Origin: Aureliella sp.
GTDB taxonomy: Bacteria > Planctomycetota > Planctomycetia > Pirellulales > Pirellulaceae
Reading direction: 5' to 3'
Assembly: GCA_963691875.1 (NCBI GenBank)
Contig: OY829846.1
Coordinates: 3,616,001 to 3,680,000 of the forward strand
DNA length: 64,000 bases
A model generated the notes under the pieces. That model was not told the DNA's origin. It did no database searches and saw only the letters and a list, made by a program, of their open reading frames with translations. Shown here piece by piece: positions 42,299 to 50,718 of this stretch. A program made the position numbers and the translations under genes. Position 1 is the first letter of the stretch. Each line of letters begins with the position of its first letter.

Positions 42299-44038
42299 TC
42301 ACCGCCCGTCTCGGTTGGAAAGCCACAGGCACTGATACGGGGCAACTTCAATCTGTTGCGAAAGATCCTCAAACCGCCGATCCGTCAACAGATCCCACCA
42401 AGCGTCGATACTGATCAGATTCAGATCAGCCAGTCGCAAAGGCTGTGGCCGATTGGTCAGATTGTGAATCGCAAAAATACTTTGATCCCGATCGCGACTC
42501 TGGCGCCAAAATGCAAAGAACTCGTCGTTTAACTGCAATGTAAACTGCGTCGCGTTGGGGTGAAAGGCTGGCTGCCGAGAACGAATGCCGATGCGTCGTA
42601 ACATCTCTTTGAGTACCACCGACTGCGTGCTTGAGCTGTCGGCAAGCTTCTCATCCAACTTGTCGGCGTCCCAGCGATGGCGATTGATGGAGCGATTTCG
42701 ACCCGTCACTCTCACCCCGGCATAGTCATTGGGCGTCGCCATCAGGCTGTGGATGTAAAACGCAGGAATGCCTTCAACACCCATCATCACCGTTTGCGAA
42801 CACAGGAAACGATCGACCTGGAATTCGTCTTCGCCTGCCACTGTTCCTTTAAGAGCATCGAACAGAGCGACATTGACCTCGTAAACACGTTCCGTTCCAT
42901 CTGGAGCTTGACGAGCCGAGAGCATTCCGCCGAATTGCCGCATGGTTTCCACCATCTCCAGCTGTTCTTGATTACTCAGCAACCCTTCTGCCGGACGCAT
43001 TCCGATTCCATCGTGGGAAGCAGTAAAGTTGAGATAGTAGCAGCCTTCGGGCGAAGGCGGCATGCTCATCATCCATTGCTTTAAGTGCCGTGACTGCCCT
43101 GTGATCAACGCATGAACCAGAAGTGGTGGCAAACTAAAGTTGTAAATTGCGTGGGCTTCGTTGCGATTTCCGAAGTAGGTCAGATTCTCCTGATTCGGCA
43201 CATTCGTCTCAGTAATCAGCTGCGTACCTGGAGCCAAGTAGTCGCAAACATTACGAATTAGGCGGACGACTTCATGTGTTTCCGGCAAGTGAATGCAACT
43301 GGTTCCGGTTCGCTTCCACAAGAAACCAATCGCGTCCAACCTTAGAATCCGAGCACCACGTCGCAAATAGTAGGCGATGATCTTCAGGTACTCGATGAGC
43401 ACTTCTGGATTGGCGAAGTTGACGTCGATCTGGTCATGGCTGAAGGTACACCAGACTTGCTTCATTCCATGCGTCGTATCTGTTGGGCGCAATAACGGAG
43501 TGACTCTGGGTCGAACTACTTGACTCAAGTCATCATCCATCGACGCCTCGATGAAATAGCCAAAACGTTGACCGTGACAATACTCGTAGAACCAACGACT
43601 CTGCGACGAAATGTGGTTGATGACCAAATCCACCATCAACGTGTAGTCTTCGGCGATATCTTCAATATCGTCCCAAGTCCCCAGATCGTCTCGGACTTGC
43701 AAGTAGTCGATAACCGAGAACCCGTCATCGGAACTAAACGGATAGAACGGCAGGATATGCACGCACGGAATTTGCTGCAGACAGTGATCATCCAAGAATC
43801 GCTTGAGATTCTGCAGTGGCAAGCGATCACCACCAACGATGGAATCGCCATAGCTGATCAGCAGGCAATCCACTTCGTTCAGTGATGTTGCGTCATCGGA
43901 CTGCGAAATCTCCTCCGCAGCTTCTGGTGGGCCAATCTCTTCAATAATGCGACCGGCAAGGTCCTCCGAGCTGACATCGGGATAGAGCAACTGAAGGTGA
44001 GCTTGGAGTTGGCTTAGTATGAGATTCGAATCGGTCAC
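42299..44038 (-). CDS. GH13_18 sugar phosphorylase, glucosylglycerate-phosphorylase-like
   Basis: HILPFYPFSSDDGFSVIDY, DLVINH, WCTFSHDQID, RLDAIGF (nucleophile), ITETN (acid/base), FTASHDGIG, VYEVN. Start uncertain (44038 GTG or 44077 ATG). Confidence 0.88.
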   Translation of the reverse strand: MTDSNLILSQLQAHLQLLYPDVSSEDLAGRIIEEIGPPEAAEEISQSDDATSLNEVDCLLISYGDSIVGGDRLPLQNLKRFLDDHCLQQIPCVHILPFYPFSSDDGFSVIDYLQVRDDLGTWDDIEDIAEDYTLMVDLVINHISSQSRWFYEYCHGQRFGYFIEASMDDDLSQVVRPRVTPLLRPTDTTHGMKQVWCTFSHDQIDVNFANPEVLIEYLKIIAYYLRRGARILRLDAIGFLWKRTGTSCIHLPETHEVVRLIRNVCDYLAPGTQLITETNVPNQENLTYFGNRNEAHAIYNFSLPPLLVHALITGQSRHLKQWMMSMPPSPEGCYYLNFTASHDGIGMRPAEGLLSNQEQLEMVETMRQFGGMLSARQAPDGTERVYEVNVALFDALKGTVAGEDEFQVDRFLCSQTVMMGVEGIPAFYIHSLMATPNDYAGVRVTGRNRSINRHRWDADKLDEKLADSSSTQSVVLKEMLRRIGIRSRQPAFHPNATQFTLQLNDEFFAFWRQSRDRDQSIFAIHNLTNRPQPLRLADLNLISIDAWWDLLTDRRFEDLSQQIEVAPYQCLWLSNRDGR

Positions 44039-44345
44039 AACGTAAGAAATGGCAAAGAGAAATCCTTCGATCCCCATGCGAATCGGGGATAGCTATGCGA
44101 CAGTGTCCGCCAACACGTCGTCAGAGGGTCAGCCAAGATTCACTCGGCAAGCACTCATCAACTCATATTTGCATCTCGCTGGCTTGGCGCCTAGTGCGAG
44201 ATGCCAGGAACGCGACGGGTAGCCGAGGTCGTCAAGTCCTTTGGCATAGATTCTGGTGAGCCGCATTGCCGCAAGACACCGTGCTTTCGACGCTCAGCTC
44301 AGGTCGACGCAGCCCGACCGCTCAAGCGATCAAGGCACATGCAAA

Positions 44346-45995
44346 TCAGCTGCCGGCTTGCGCCGCGGACTGGAACTGATAACCAAGATGCATGCGCCAG
44401 GCCTCGTTGTCTTTCGCAGGATAGTCCGAGCGCATGTGAACGCCTCGCGACTCGCAGCGCTCCATGGCTCCTTGAGCCATGAGATGGGAAACGGTAAGTA
44501 GATTTTGGAGCTCCCAGCCCTCGGGCATGTCAAAACGGTGCGGCAGGACATAGCGGGCATAACTCCGAATACCACCGAGTGCTTCTTGCAAGCGCTCGCG
44601 TTCTCGCCGCACGCCAACTTGCCGCCACATCAAGCTTTGGACGGCGTTACGAATGTCCCCCACATCCAGCTGCACGCCGCGTTGCGAACAGCCTTGATGC
44701 TCGAAAGCCAGAGCGCGGTAGTCGTTTGCTGAGTCCAATGCCTCACACGCTGCCACTTCGCCGGTCCTCGCCCCGTACACGAGACCTTCCAGCAAACTAT
44801 TCGAGGCCAAGCGATTGGCGCCATGCAGTCCCGAACTGGTAACTTCTCCGGCGGCCCACAATCCATCGAGCGAGGTTCGTCCGTCAAGATCGACTTCAAC
44901 TCCACCAATCATATAGTGAGCGCCTGGACGCACCGGAATCGGATCCCGGCTTGGATCGAGGCCAAACTTGGCACAGGCGGCAGTGAAGCCTGGAAAGCCC
45001 TCGTGTACTTTCGCTGCATCCATGTGACGCAGCGAAAGATAAACACAGTGGTGCTTCGTTTTCTCCATCTGCTCGACAATGGATTGGCTTACTACATCGC
45101 GCGGAGCCAACTCCATTCGCTCGTCGTAGTCTTCCATGAAGCGATAGTTCTCGCAGTCCACCAATTGAGCGCCGGCGCCTCGAATTGCTTCTGTAACCAG
45201 CGTTCGCGAGCTACCGGCAATGTAAAGCACGGTGGGGTGGAATTGCATGAACTCCATATCACGCAGTCGAGCCCCCGCCCGAAATGCAATCGCATGACCA
45301 TCACCAGTAGCGACGCGCGGGTTTGTCGTTTCGCGGTAAACTTGACCGCAACCACCGGTACACAGAATAGTTTGCTTGGCCCAAACAAGCATCGGAGGTT
45401 CACCTGCTCGAGAAATGATCGCTCCATAACAGCGCTGCTGGTCTGAAAGTAGATCAATCGTAAAGGCGCGCTCCCAGATTTGAATATTTGGCTGTGCGCG
45501 TGTCTTCTCGATGACGGCTCGCATGATTTCCTTGCCGGTAGCGTCGCCTAGAGCATGGATGATGCGCTCGTGAGAGTGACCGCCTTCTCGCCCAAGAATC
45601 AGTTCGCCTTCGCGCTTGTCGAACTGAGCGCCCCAACGCATGAGTTCCTCGACACGCTGCGGAGCTTCACGAACGACCATGTCGACCACGTCATCGTGAC
45701 ACAAGTCACCGCCAACTTTCATCGTGTCCTGCACATGGTCCTCGAAGCAATCTTCGGGATCCCACACGCTGGCGATGCCCCCTTGGGCGTAGTTGCTGTT
45801 GCTCTCGCGAATCTCGTCTTTGGTGACAACAATCGCATGCGCATCCGAAGCTGCATTGGCCGCCCGCAATCCAGCTAATCCACCACCAATAATGAGCAAA
45901 TCGGTAAAATAGTGGGGGACTCGCTTCGGGTGAAAGTCAATCAAATAGCGAGGAGACTCGGGACCATGCAAGGTTGTCTTGTAATCAATGGCCAT
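44346..45995 (-). CDS. nadB: L-aspartate oxidase
   Basis: IIGGGLAG, SNSNYAQGGIA, REGGHSHERIIH, EFMQFHPT, ELAPRDVV, GLHGANRLASNSLLEGLV, ESRGVHMRSD. Confidence 0.96.
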   Translation of the reverse strand: MAIDYKTTLHGPESPRYLIDFHPKRVPHYFTDLLIIGGGLAGLRAANAASDAHAIVVTKDEIRESNSNYAQGGIASVWDPEDCFEDHVQDTMKVGGDLCHDDVVDMVVREAPQRVEELMRWGAQFDKREGELILGREGGHSHERIIHALGDATGKEIMRAVIEKTRAQPNIQIWERAFTIDLLSDQQRCYGAIISRAGEPPMLVWAKQTILCTGGCGQVYRETTNPRVATGDGHAIAFRAGARLRDMEFMQFHPTVLYIAGSSRTLVTEAIRGAGAQLVDCENYRFMEDYDERMELAPRDVVSQSIVEQMEKTKHHCVYLSLRHMDAAKVHEGFPGFTAACAKFGLDPSRDPIPVRPGAHYMIGGVEVDLDGRTSLDGLWAAGEVTSSGLHGANRLASNSLLEGLVYGARTGEVAACEALDSANDYRALAFEHQGCSQRGVQLDVGDIRNAVQSLMWRQVGVRRERERLQEALGGIRSYARYVLPHRFDMPEGWELQNLLTVSHLMAQGAMERCESRGVHMRSDYPAKDNEAWRMHLGYQFQSAAQAGS

Positions 45996-46063
45996 GCTCG
46001 CCCCGATACAATGGACCGCTCACAGACTACCGCCAAGCCGCGCAGCGTCTGTTGGTTAAGTGC

Positions 46064-47203
46064 CTAAGCAGTCTGAAGATTCGCCTGGATCAACTCTTGG
46101 AACTGCTGGAAAAGATAACGACTGTCATGCGGTCCCGCTGAAGCTTCAGGGTGATACTGCACGCTGAATGCGGGTGCAGAATTATGTTTCACGCCTGCGA
46201 TGGTATCATCGTTCAGGTTTCGATGAGTGATCGTAAGGCAGTCAGGAAGAGTTTTTTCCTCGACAGCAAAACCATGATTCTGCGAACTGATCTCGATCTT
46301 CCCAGACTCAAGATTGTGAACTGGCTGATTGCTGCCGCGATGACCGAACTTGAGTTTGAACGTCTTCGCCCCAGCGGCCAAGCTTAGCAGTTGATGGCCA
46401 AGGCAGATTCCGAAAATCGGGCGTTTGCCGATCAGTTCCCGAATAGTCTCGATTGCATACTCTAGTGGCTCTGGATCTCCGGGACCGTTTGATAGGAAGA
46501 TCCCATCGGGCTCGAGAGCGAGCACCTCTTCGGCAGAGGCCGTTCCAGGCAGAATCGTCACTCGGTTACCTTGATCAAAAAGATGCCTCGCGATATTCCA
46601 CTTCATTCCAAAATCGAGGCAAACTACGTGAGTACCTGATTCGGCGCGTTCGCCACGTGTTTCCTCTTCTAGCTCCCAGAGTCGCTCGTTCCACTGACGA
46701 ACCTTCTCCGGAATGACTTCACGAACCAAATCGCGACCAACGAGGCTGTCACTACTCTTTGCCTTCTCGATCAACGAAGCTTCGTCGAGATCAGCCGTCG
46801 AAATAACACCTTTCATTGCTCCGTGGCTACGGATATGACGAACAAGTGCCCGTGTGTCGATGCCAGCCAGAGCGACGATACTGTGCTTTTGTAGATATTC
46901 GGTAAAGTCGCACTCAGACCGAAAGTTGCTGGCGATGCGACTATCGTTTCGGACGATAAAACCTGCGACCTGCGGATGGTCACTCTCGATGTCTTCCTGA
47001 TTGGTTCCGTAGTTGCCAATCTCGGTGTAAGTCATCGTCACAACTTGACCACAGTAACTGGGGTCGGTCAGGATTTCTTGATAGCCTGTCATCGAAGTGT
47101 TGAAGACAACTTCACCTGAAGTCTCGCCCTCGGCACCCACTGAGTAACCTCGAAATACAGCTCCATCTTCCAACGCAAGAATGGCCGGTTTCGCCGCTTT
47201 CAT
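46064..47203 (-). CDS. carA: Carbamoyl-phosphate synthase small subunit
   Basis: GEVVFNTSMTGYQEILTDPSY, LSNGPGDP, FGICLGHQL, SQNHGF, QYHPEASAGPHD. Confidence 0.98.
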   Translation of the reverse strand: MKAAKPAILALEDGAVFRGYSVGAEGETSGEVVFNTSMTGYQEILTDPSYCGQVVTMTYTEIGNYGTNQEDIESDHPQVAGFIVRNDSRIASNFRSECDFTEYLQKHSIVALAGIDTRALVRHIRSHGAMKGVISTADLDEASLIEKAKSSDSLVGRDLVREVIPEKVRQWNERLWELEEETRGERAESGTHVVCLDFGMKWNIARHLFDQGNRVTILPGTASAEEVLALEPDGIFLSNGPGDPEPLEYAIETIRELIGKRPIFGICLGHQLLSLAAGAKTFKLKFGHRGSNQPVHNLESGKIEISSQNHGFAVEEKTLPDCLTITHRNLNDDTIAGVKHNSAPAFSVQYHPEASAGPHDSRYLFQQFQELIQANLQTA

Positions 47204-47230
47204 CAACTTTTCCTAGACGGTCCGCAGTTA

Positions 47231-47272
47231 CAAATCGAAAGTACCTCGTAGGTACAAATTGCGGCTATTGTA
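47231..47272 (-). promoter_or_regulatory. carA promoter/leader: -10 TACAAT, AATTTG start region, hairpin + T-rich run
   Basis: Minus strand reads TACAAT AGCCGC AATTT GTACCT ACG AGGTAC TTTCGATTTG. Confidence 0.55.
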
Positions 47273-47278
47273 CGCGCA

Positions 47279-47327
47279 CGAGCCCCAAAGCGGTAGGGCT
47301 ACGCGCGAGCCCCAAAGCGGAAGGGCT
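47279..47327. repeat. Two tandem 22-bp palindromic (REP-like) units, period 27
   Basis: CGAGCCCCAAAGCGGTAGGGCT (47279-47300) and CGAGCCCCAAAGCGGAAGGGCT (47306-47327), one mismatch; each has an AGCCC/GGGCT stem. Confidence 0.8.
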
Positions 47328-47364
47328 CGCTCGGCAAAAGCAACTAGCTAAGAGAGCGAAACTT

Positions 47365-47586
47365 TTACTTTAAAGTTTCGTCTTCCAACGACGCAAATTC
47401 ACCTTCTGTCGCCTCGCCCAATCCAGCATCAGCAACTGGTTCTGCCATGCCCGCGTCGAGTGGCTGAGGTTGCATGCCGGTCATTGCCTTCTTGCGAGCC
47501 GAAGATTCGCGCACGGCGGCAACGGTCATCGCGATGATCAAAACGAGCATGACGCCGAGCCAGGTGAAAACCCATAAGTCATTCAT
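47365..47586 (-). CDS. Small single-TM protein with acidic tail (73 aa)
   Basis: MNDLWVFTWLGVMLVLIIAMTVAAVRE..., GGA upstream of the ATG, candidate TTGACG-N18-TAGTCT promoter upstream. Confidence 0.65.
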   Translation of the reverse strand: MNDLWVFTWLGVMLVLIIAMTVAAVRESSARKKAMTGMQPQPLDAGMAEPVADAGLGEATEGEFASLEDETLK

Positions 47587-47788
47587 CTTTGATTTCCATT
47601 TGCACAAAGGGTTTGGGCACGAATAAGCTTAAAGACTAGTTCGTCAGCCCAGGTGTCGTCAAGTTTTCGCCCCGAGACTGCAGGAAACTCTTACAGCCTT
47701 CCATGCGACCAGCGGTGGAATCCCTGCTCAGGCAACTATACTATGTCTTGAAAACCTCTCCTGCAGCCAATTGGGCCACACTGAACCG

Positions 47789-48190
47789 ATGAATTCTTGC
47801 CGGCAACTACGTACTATTTTGTATCTCGCTGCATTCATCGCTTGCACATGGGCCTGCGACCCCGCAGCGGCTCAAGACGCCAGCGGCGTCTGGAAAGGTA
47901 AATGGACTGAGGCCAGACCGAGTGGCCAACGTGAATTCACGGGCTCGCTGCGGATCAAGCTGCAGAAGACGGGCTCCAACACTTATCGAGGCAATTTCTC
48001 CGGACGCTTCGCAATCGTTATTCCGTACTTTTACCGAGCCGACGTCGTACAGTACGGAAACACTTTGTACTCCAGCAAGAAACTCGGACCCTTGGGCGAG
48101 TATAGAATGCAGCTCCGCATTGGTTCTACTTCGCTCAACGGCGGCTGGAACACCGCAAAGCACCATGGCAGCATCCGCGTCCGCCGCTAG
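47789..48190 (+). CDS. Secreted hypothetical beta-strand protein
   Basis: Signal peptide ending AAA-QD; SGVWKGKW; FSGRFAIVIPYFY; TATACT box upstream. Confidence 0.65.
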   Translation: MNSCRQLRTILYLAAFIACTWACDPAAAQDASGVWKGKWTEARPSGQREFTGSLRIKLQKTGSNTYRGNFSGRFAIVIPYFYRADVVQYGNTLYSSKKLGPLGEYRMQLRIGSTSLNGGWNTAKHHGSIRVRR

Positions 48191-48288
48191 GCAGGTGATC
48201 TTGCTAGTTGGCCTGCCAGCTGCAAGCTAACCAAAGCAAGAGAACGCCAACGGATGGTCATTAAACGGTTCGGAGCACCACAGACTCG

Positions 48289-50391
48289 CTAAACGAAGTC
48301 CGGCTCGAAAACTGGCTCAGCGTCATCGCGAACCGTCTCCCAACGCATCTTGGTCTCGGGTAAGCCATTGAGAAACAAATGCCCGTAGCGTTTCGTCTTA
48401 ATCCGCGAATCCAAGATAACGACGATGCCTGAATCGTAGGCTGTACGGATCAAGCGCCCGAACCCCTGGCGCAACTTGATCACCGCCTCGGGCACCTGAT
48501 AATCCATAAACGGATTGCCGCCTGCATTGCGTATCGCATCCAAGCGAGCTTGAAGCAGCGGATGATCGGGTACGCTGAAAGGCAGCTTGGTGATAATCAC
48601 ATTCTGCAGGGCATCGCCTGGAACATCAACACCTTGCCAAAAGCTATCGGTACCGAACAAAGCGCTACGCGGGTTCTTGCGGAACTTCTCAAGCAACTGC
48701 CCCCGAGGCATCCCATCCGCTTGACTGTACAGAGTCATTTCTTGTTCGACGAACCAAGAATGCATCTGCTTGGCAACAGCCCGCAGCGAACCGTAACTAG
48801 TAAAAAGCACGAACGCTCTACCGTCTGTACGAAGCAGATAACGCTTAATCATCTCAGGAAGCAACTTGTCGTACTCTTGTCGCTGTGAGGAAGGATCTGG
48901 CATATCTGGCACGACGACTAGCTCGGCTTGGTCCTGATAATTGAAAGGGCTGCCGAGCTGCTTGGTCAGACTGCCCGCTGCACCGACACGCGATTGAAAG
49001 AACTCGAAACCGCCTTCTCGCCCCGTCGATACCGTCGCACTGGTCATGATCACGCTTGGGACTTGCTGGAATAGCATCTCGCGCATGCGACCGGAGATAT
49101 CGATTGGTGCCGCATGCATTTCCATTCTGGTGGTCCCGCGCCGCGTGTTAACCCGCTCCAACCAATAAACGTAGTCTTCTTCTTCCTGCCGCAGCCAGCT
49201 GCGAATGTGATTGCTCAATGATTCCAGCCGTCCAGCTGCAGACATAAAGTCTTGACGCCGCGACGCGTCCTCGGCAGTATCGCCTAGCTCCGAGAGTTTT
49301 TCTTTTAGCTTGGCTAACAGCTCCGAAACCAAATTTGGCACCACGTCCTTCTTCGTCACACGTTTGTTTGCGACGCCAGGTCCCATGTGCTCGTCGAGAT
49401 CAAAGGCCATCGTATCAATCCCACGATGCGCCTTGGCAACCATTTCCGAAAAGCGATCCAAACCAAGTGCGGGGAACAGCCCTTTTCCGGTGTGAGGATT
49501 GTAAAGCTTGTTGAGCGTGTATTCAACTTGGCTGTTGGTGATCTTGATTCCAAGGTGCGAGCTTGCCACCGATTCGATCGTATGACATTCGTCGAGAATC
49601 GCGGCCGAGTAGTCGGGAATAATGCCGAAGCCTAGTTCATCACGAATTGCCAGATCGGTGAAGAACAAGGCGTGGTTGACAACCAGGATCTGTGCACCTT
49701 GAATGCGCCTTCGGGCCATGTAATAGTAGCACTCATTGTAGGTCTTGCATTTCCGGCCCAGGCAATTGCTCGTATCGCTGGCAACTTCGTCCCACATGCT
49801 GCCGAGCGGCCGGAAGGGCAGAGAACTCAGCGAACCGTCAGGCGTTTCCTTCAGCCAGCTTTTGATTTGCTGCAGTTGGTCAAACTCGGTCTCGCCCAAC
49901 AGATTGGCCGCACGTGCCAGAGCGGTCTGATAGCGCCGCAAGCTAATGTAGTTTCCGCGCCCTTTAACCAGGACCGATGAGAATTCGCGCGGGATAACGC
50001 TATTCAGAAGCGGCAAATCTTTCTCGATCAGCTGTTCCTGTAGGCTAATGGTGTGCGTGCTGATCAAAACACTACGAACAGGTTCCTCTTCGTTATCATC
50101 CTCACTAAGCCGCTCTTCGACCTGATCAGCTGTCGCATGCAAGATAGCTGGGACTAAGTAAGCAAAACTCTTGCCAACTCCAGTACCCGCTTCGGCTACC
50201 AGATGTTTCTCTTCCCGAAGGGCCCGATGAACCGCTTCTGCCAACTCGAGCTGTTGCGGGCGCGTCTCATAGTTTTGCAGACGCCGAGCGATACTGCCCT
50301 CTGGGCCCAGAATTTGGTTAACGTCGAGCGACAAGAGCTGCGATTCCTTCGCCGGTGGAAACTTCTCAGGGGAGAGAGACGATCCAGACAC
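48289..50391 (-). CDS. dinG: ATP-dependent DNA helicase, DinG/YoaA family
   Basis: Q motif RPQQ, EAGTGVGKSFAYL, KGRGNY, VVNHALFF, LDECH, LFTSY, FWQGVDVPG, QGFGRLIR. Confidence 0.93.
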   Translation of the reverse strand: MSGSSLSPEKFPPAKESQLLSLDVNQILGPEGSIARRLQNYETRPQQLELAEAVHRALREEKHLVAEAGTGVGKSFAYLVPAILHATADQVEERLSEDDNEEEPVRSVLISTHTISLQEQLIEKDLPLLNSVIPREFSSVLVKGRGNYISLRRYQTALARAANLLGETEFDQLQQIKSWLKETPDGSLSSLPFRPLGSMWDEVASDTSNCLGRKCKTYNECYYYMARRRIQGAQILVVNHALFFTDLAIRDELGFGIIPDYSAAILDECHTIESVASSHLGIKITNSQVEYTLNKLYNPHTGKGLFPALGLDRFSEMVAKAHRGIDTMAFDLDEHMGPGVANKRVTKKDVVPNLVSELLAKLKEKLSELGDTAEDASRRQDFMSAAGRLESLSNHIRSWLRQEEEDYVYWLERVNTRRGTTRMEMHAAPIDISGRMREMLFQQVPSVIMTSATVSTGREGGFEFFQSRVGAAGSLTKQLGSPFNYQDQAELVVVPDMPDPSSQRQEYDKLLPEMIKRYLLRTDGRAFVLFTSYGSLRAVAKQMHSWFVEQEMTLYSQADGMPRGQLLEKFRKNPRSALFGTDSFWQGVDVPGDALQNVIITKLPFSVPDHPLLQARLDAIRNAGGNPFMDYQVPEAVIKLRQGFGRLIRTAYDSGIVVILDSRIKTKRYGHLFLNGLPETKMRWETVRDDAEPVFEPDFV

Positions 50392-50718
50392 TTGCCCGAT
50401 CGAAAAAGAAGGTGGCAGCGACCTGCTATCAATGCAATCGCCACGCAGACGCTAAATGTAATCTTGCTCGCATAAATCGTCAAAAGCTTCTAAGCCGACT
50501 TTCCGGTTAGCGCCCAGCCATAGGCGCTGACTGGACGCGCCTCATAGGTCACTCGAGTCTGACAACCCACACTTTTGCAGGCTATTGAATCCTGGGGAAT
50601 TCGTAACGCTCTTTCGCGTATGAAGTGCCTCACCGCCCGATTCAATTCACGCGGGCTATGGTAAGATCCCCGCTTGCTGCCCGTCCCAGATCTGAATGTT
50701 TGCATATTGGACTTAGAA

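Noticed and set aside
47279..47327. Mini CRISPR array
   Set aside because: Only two units with a 5-nt spacer and no cas genes.
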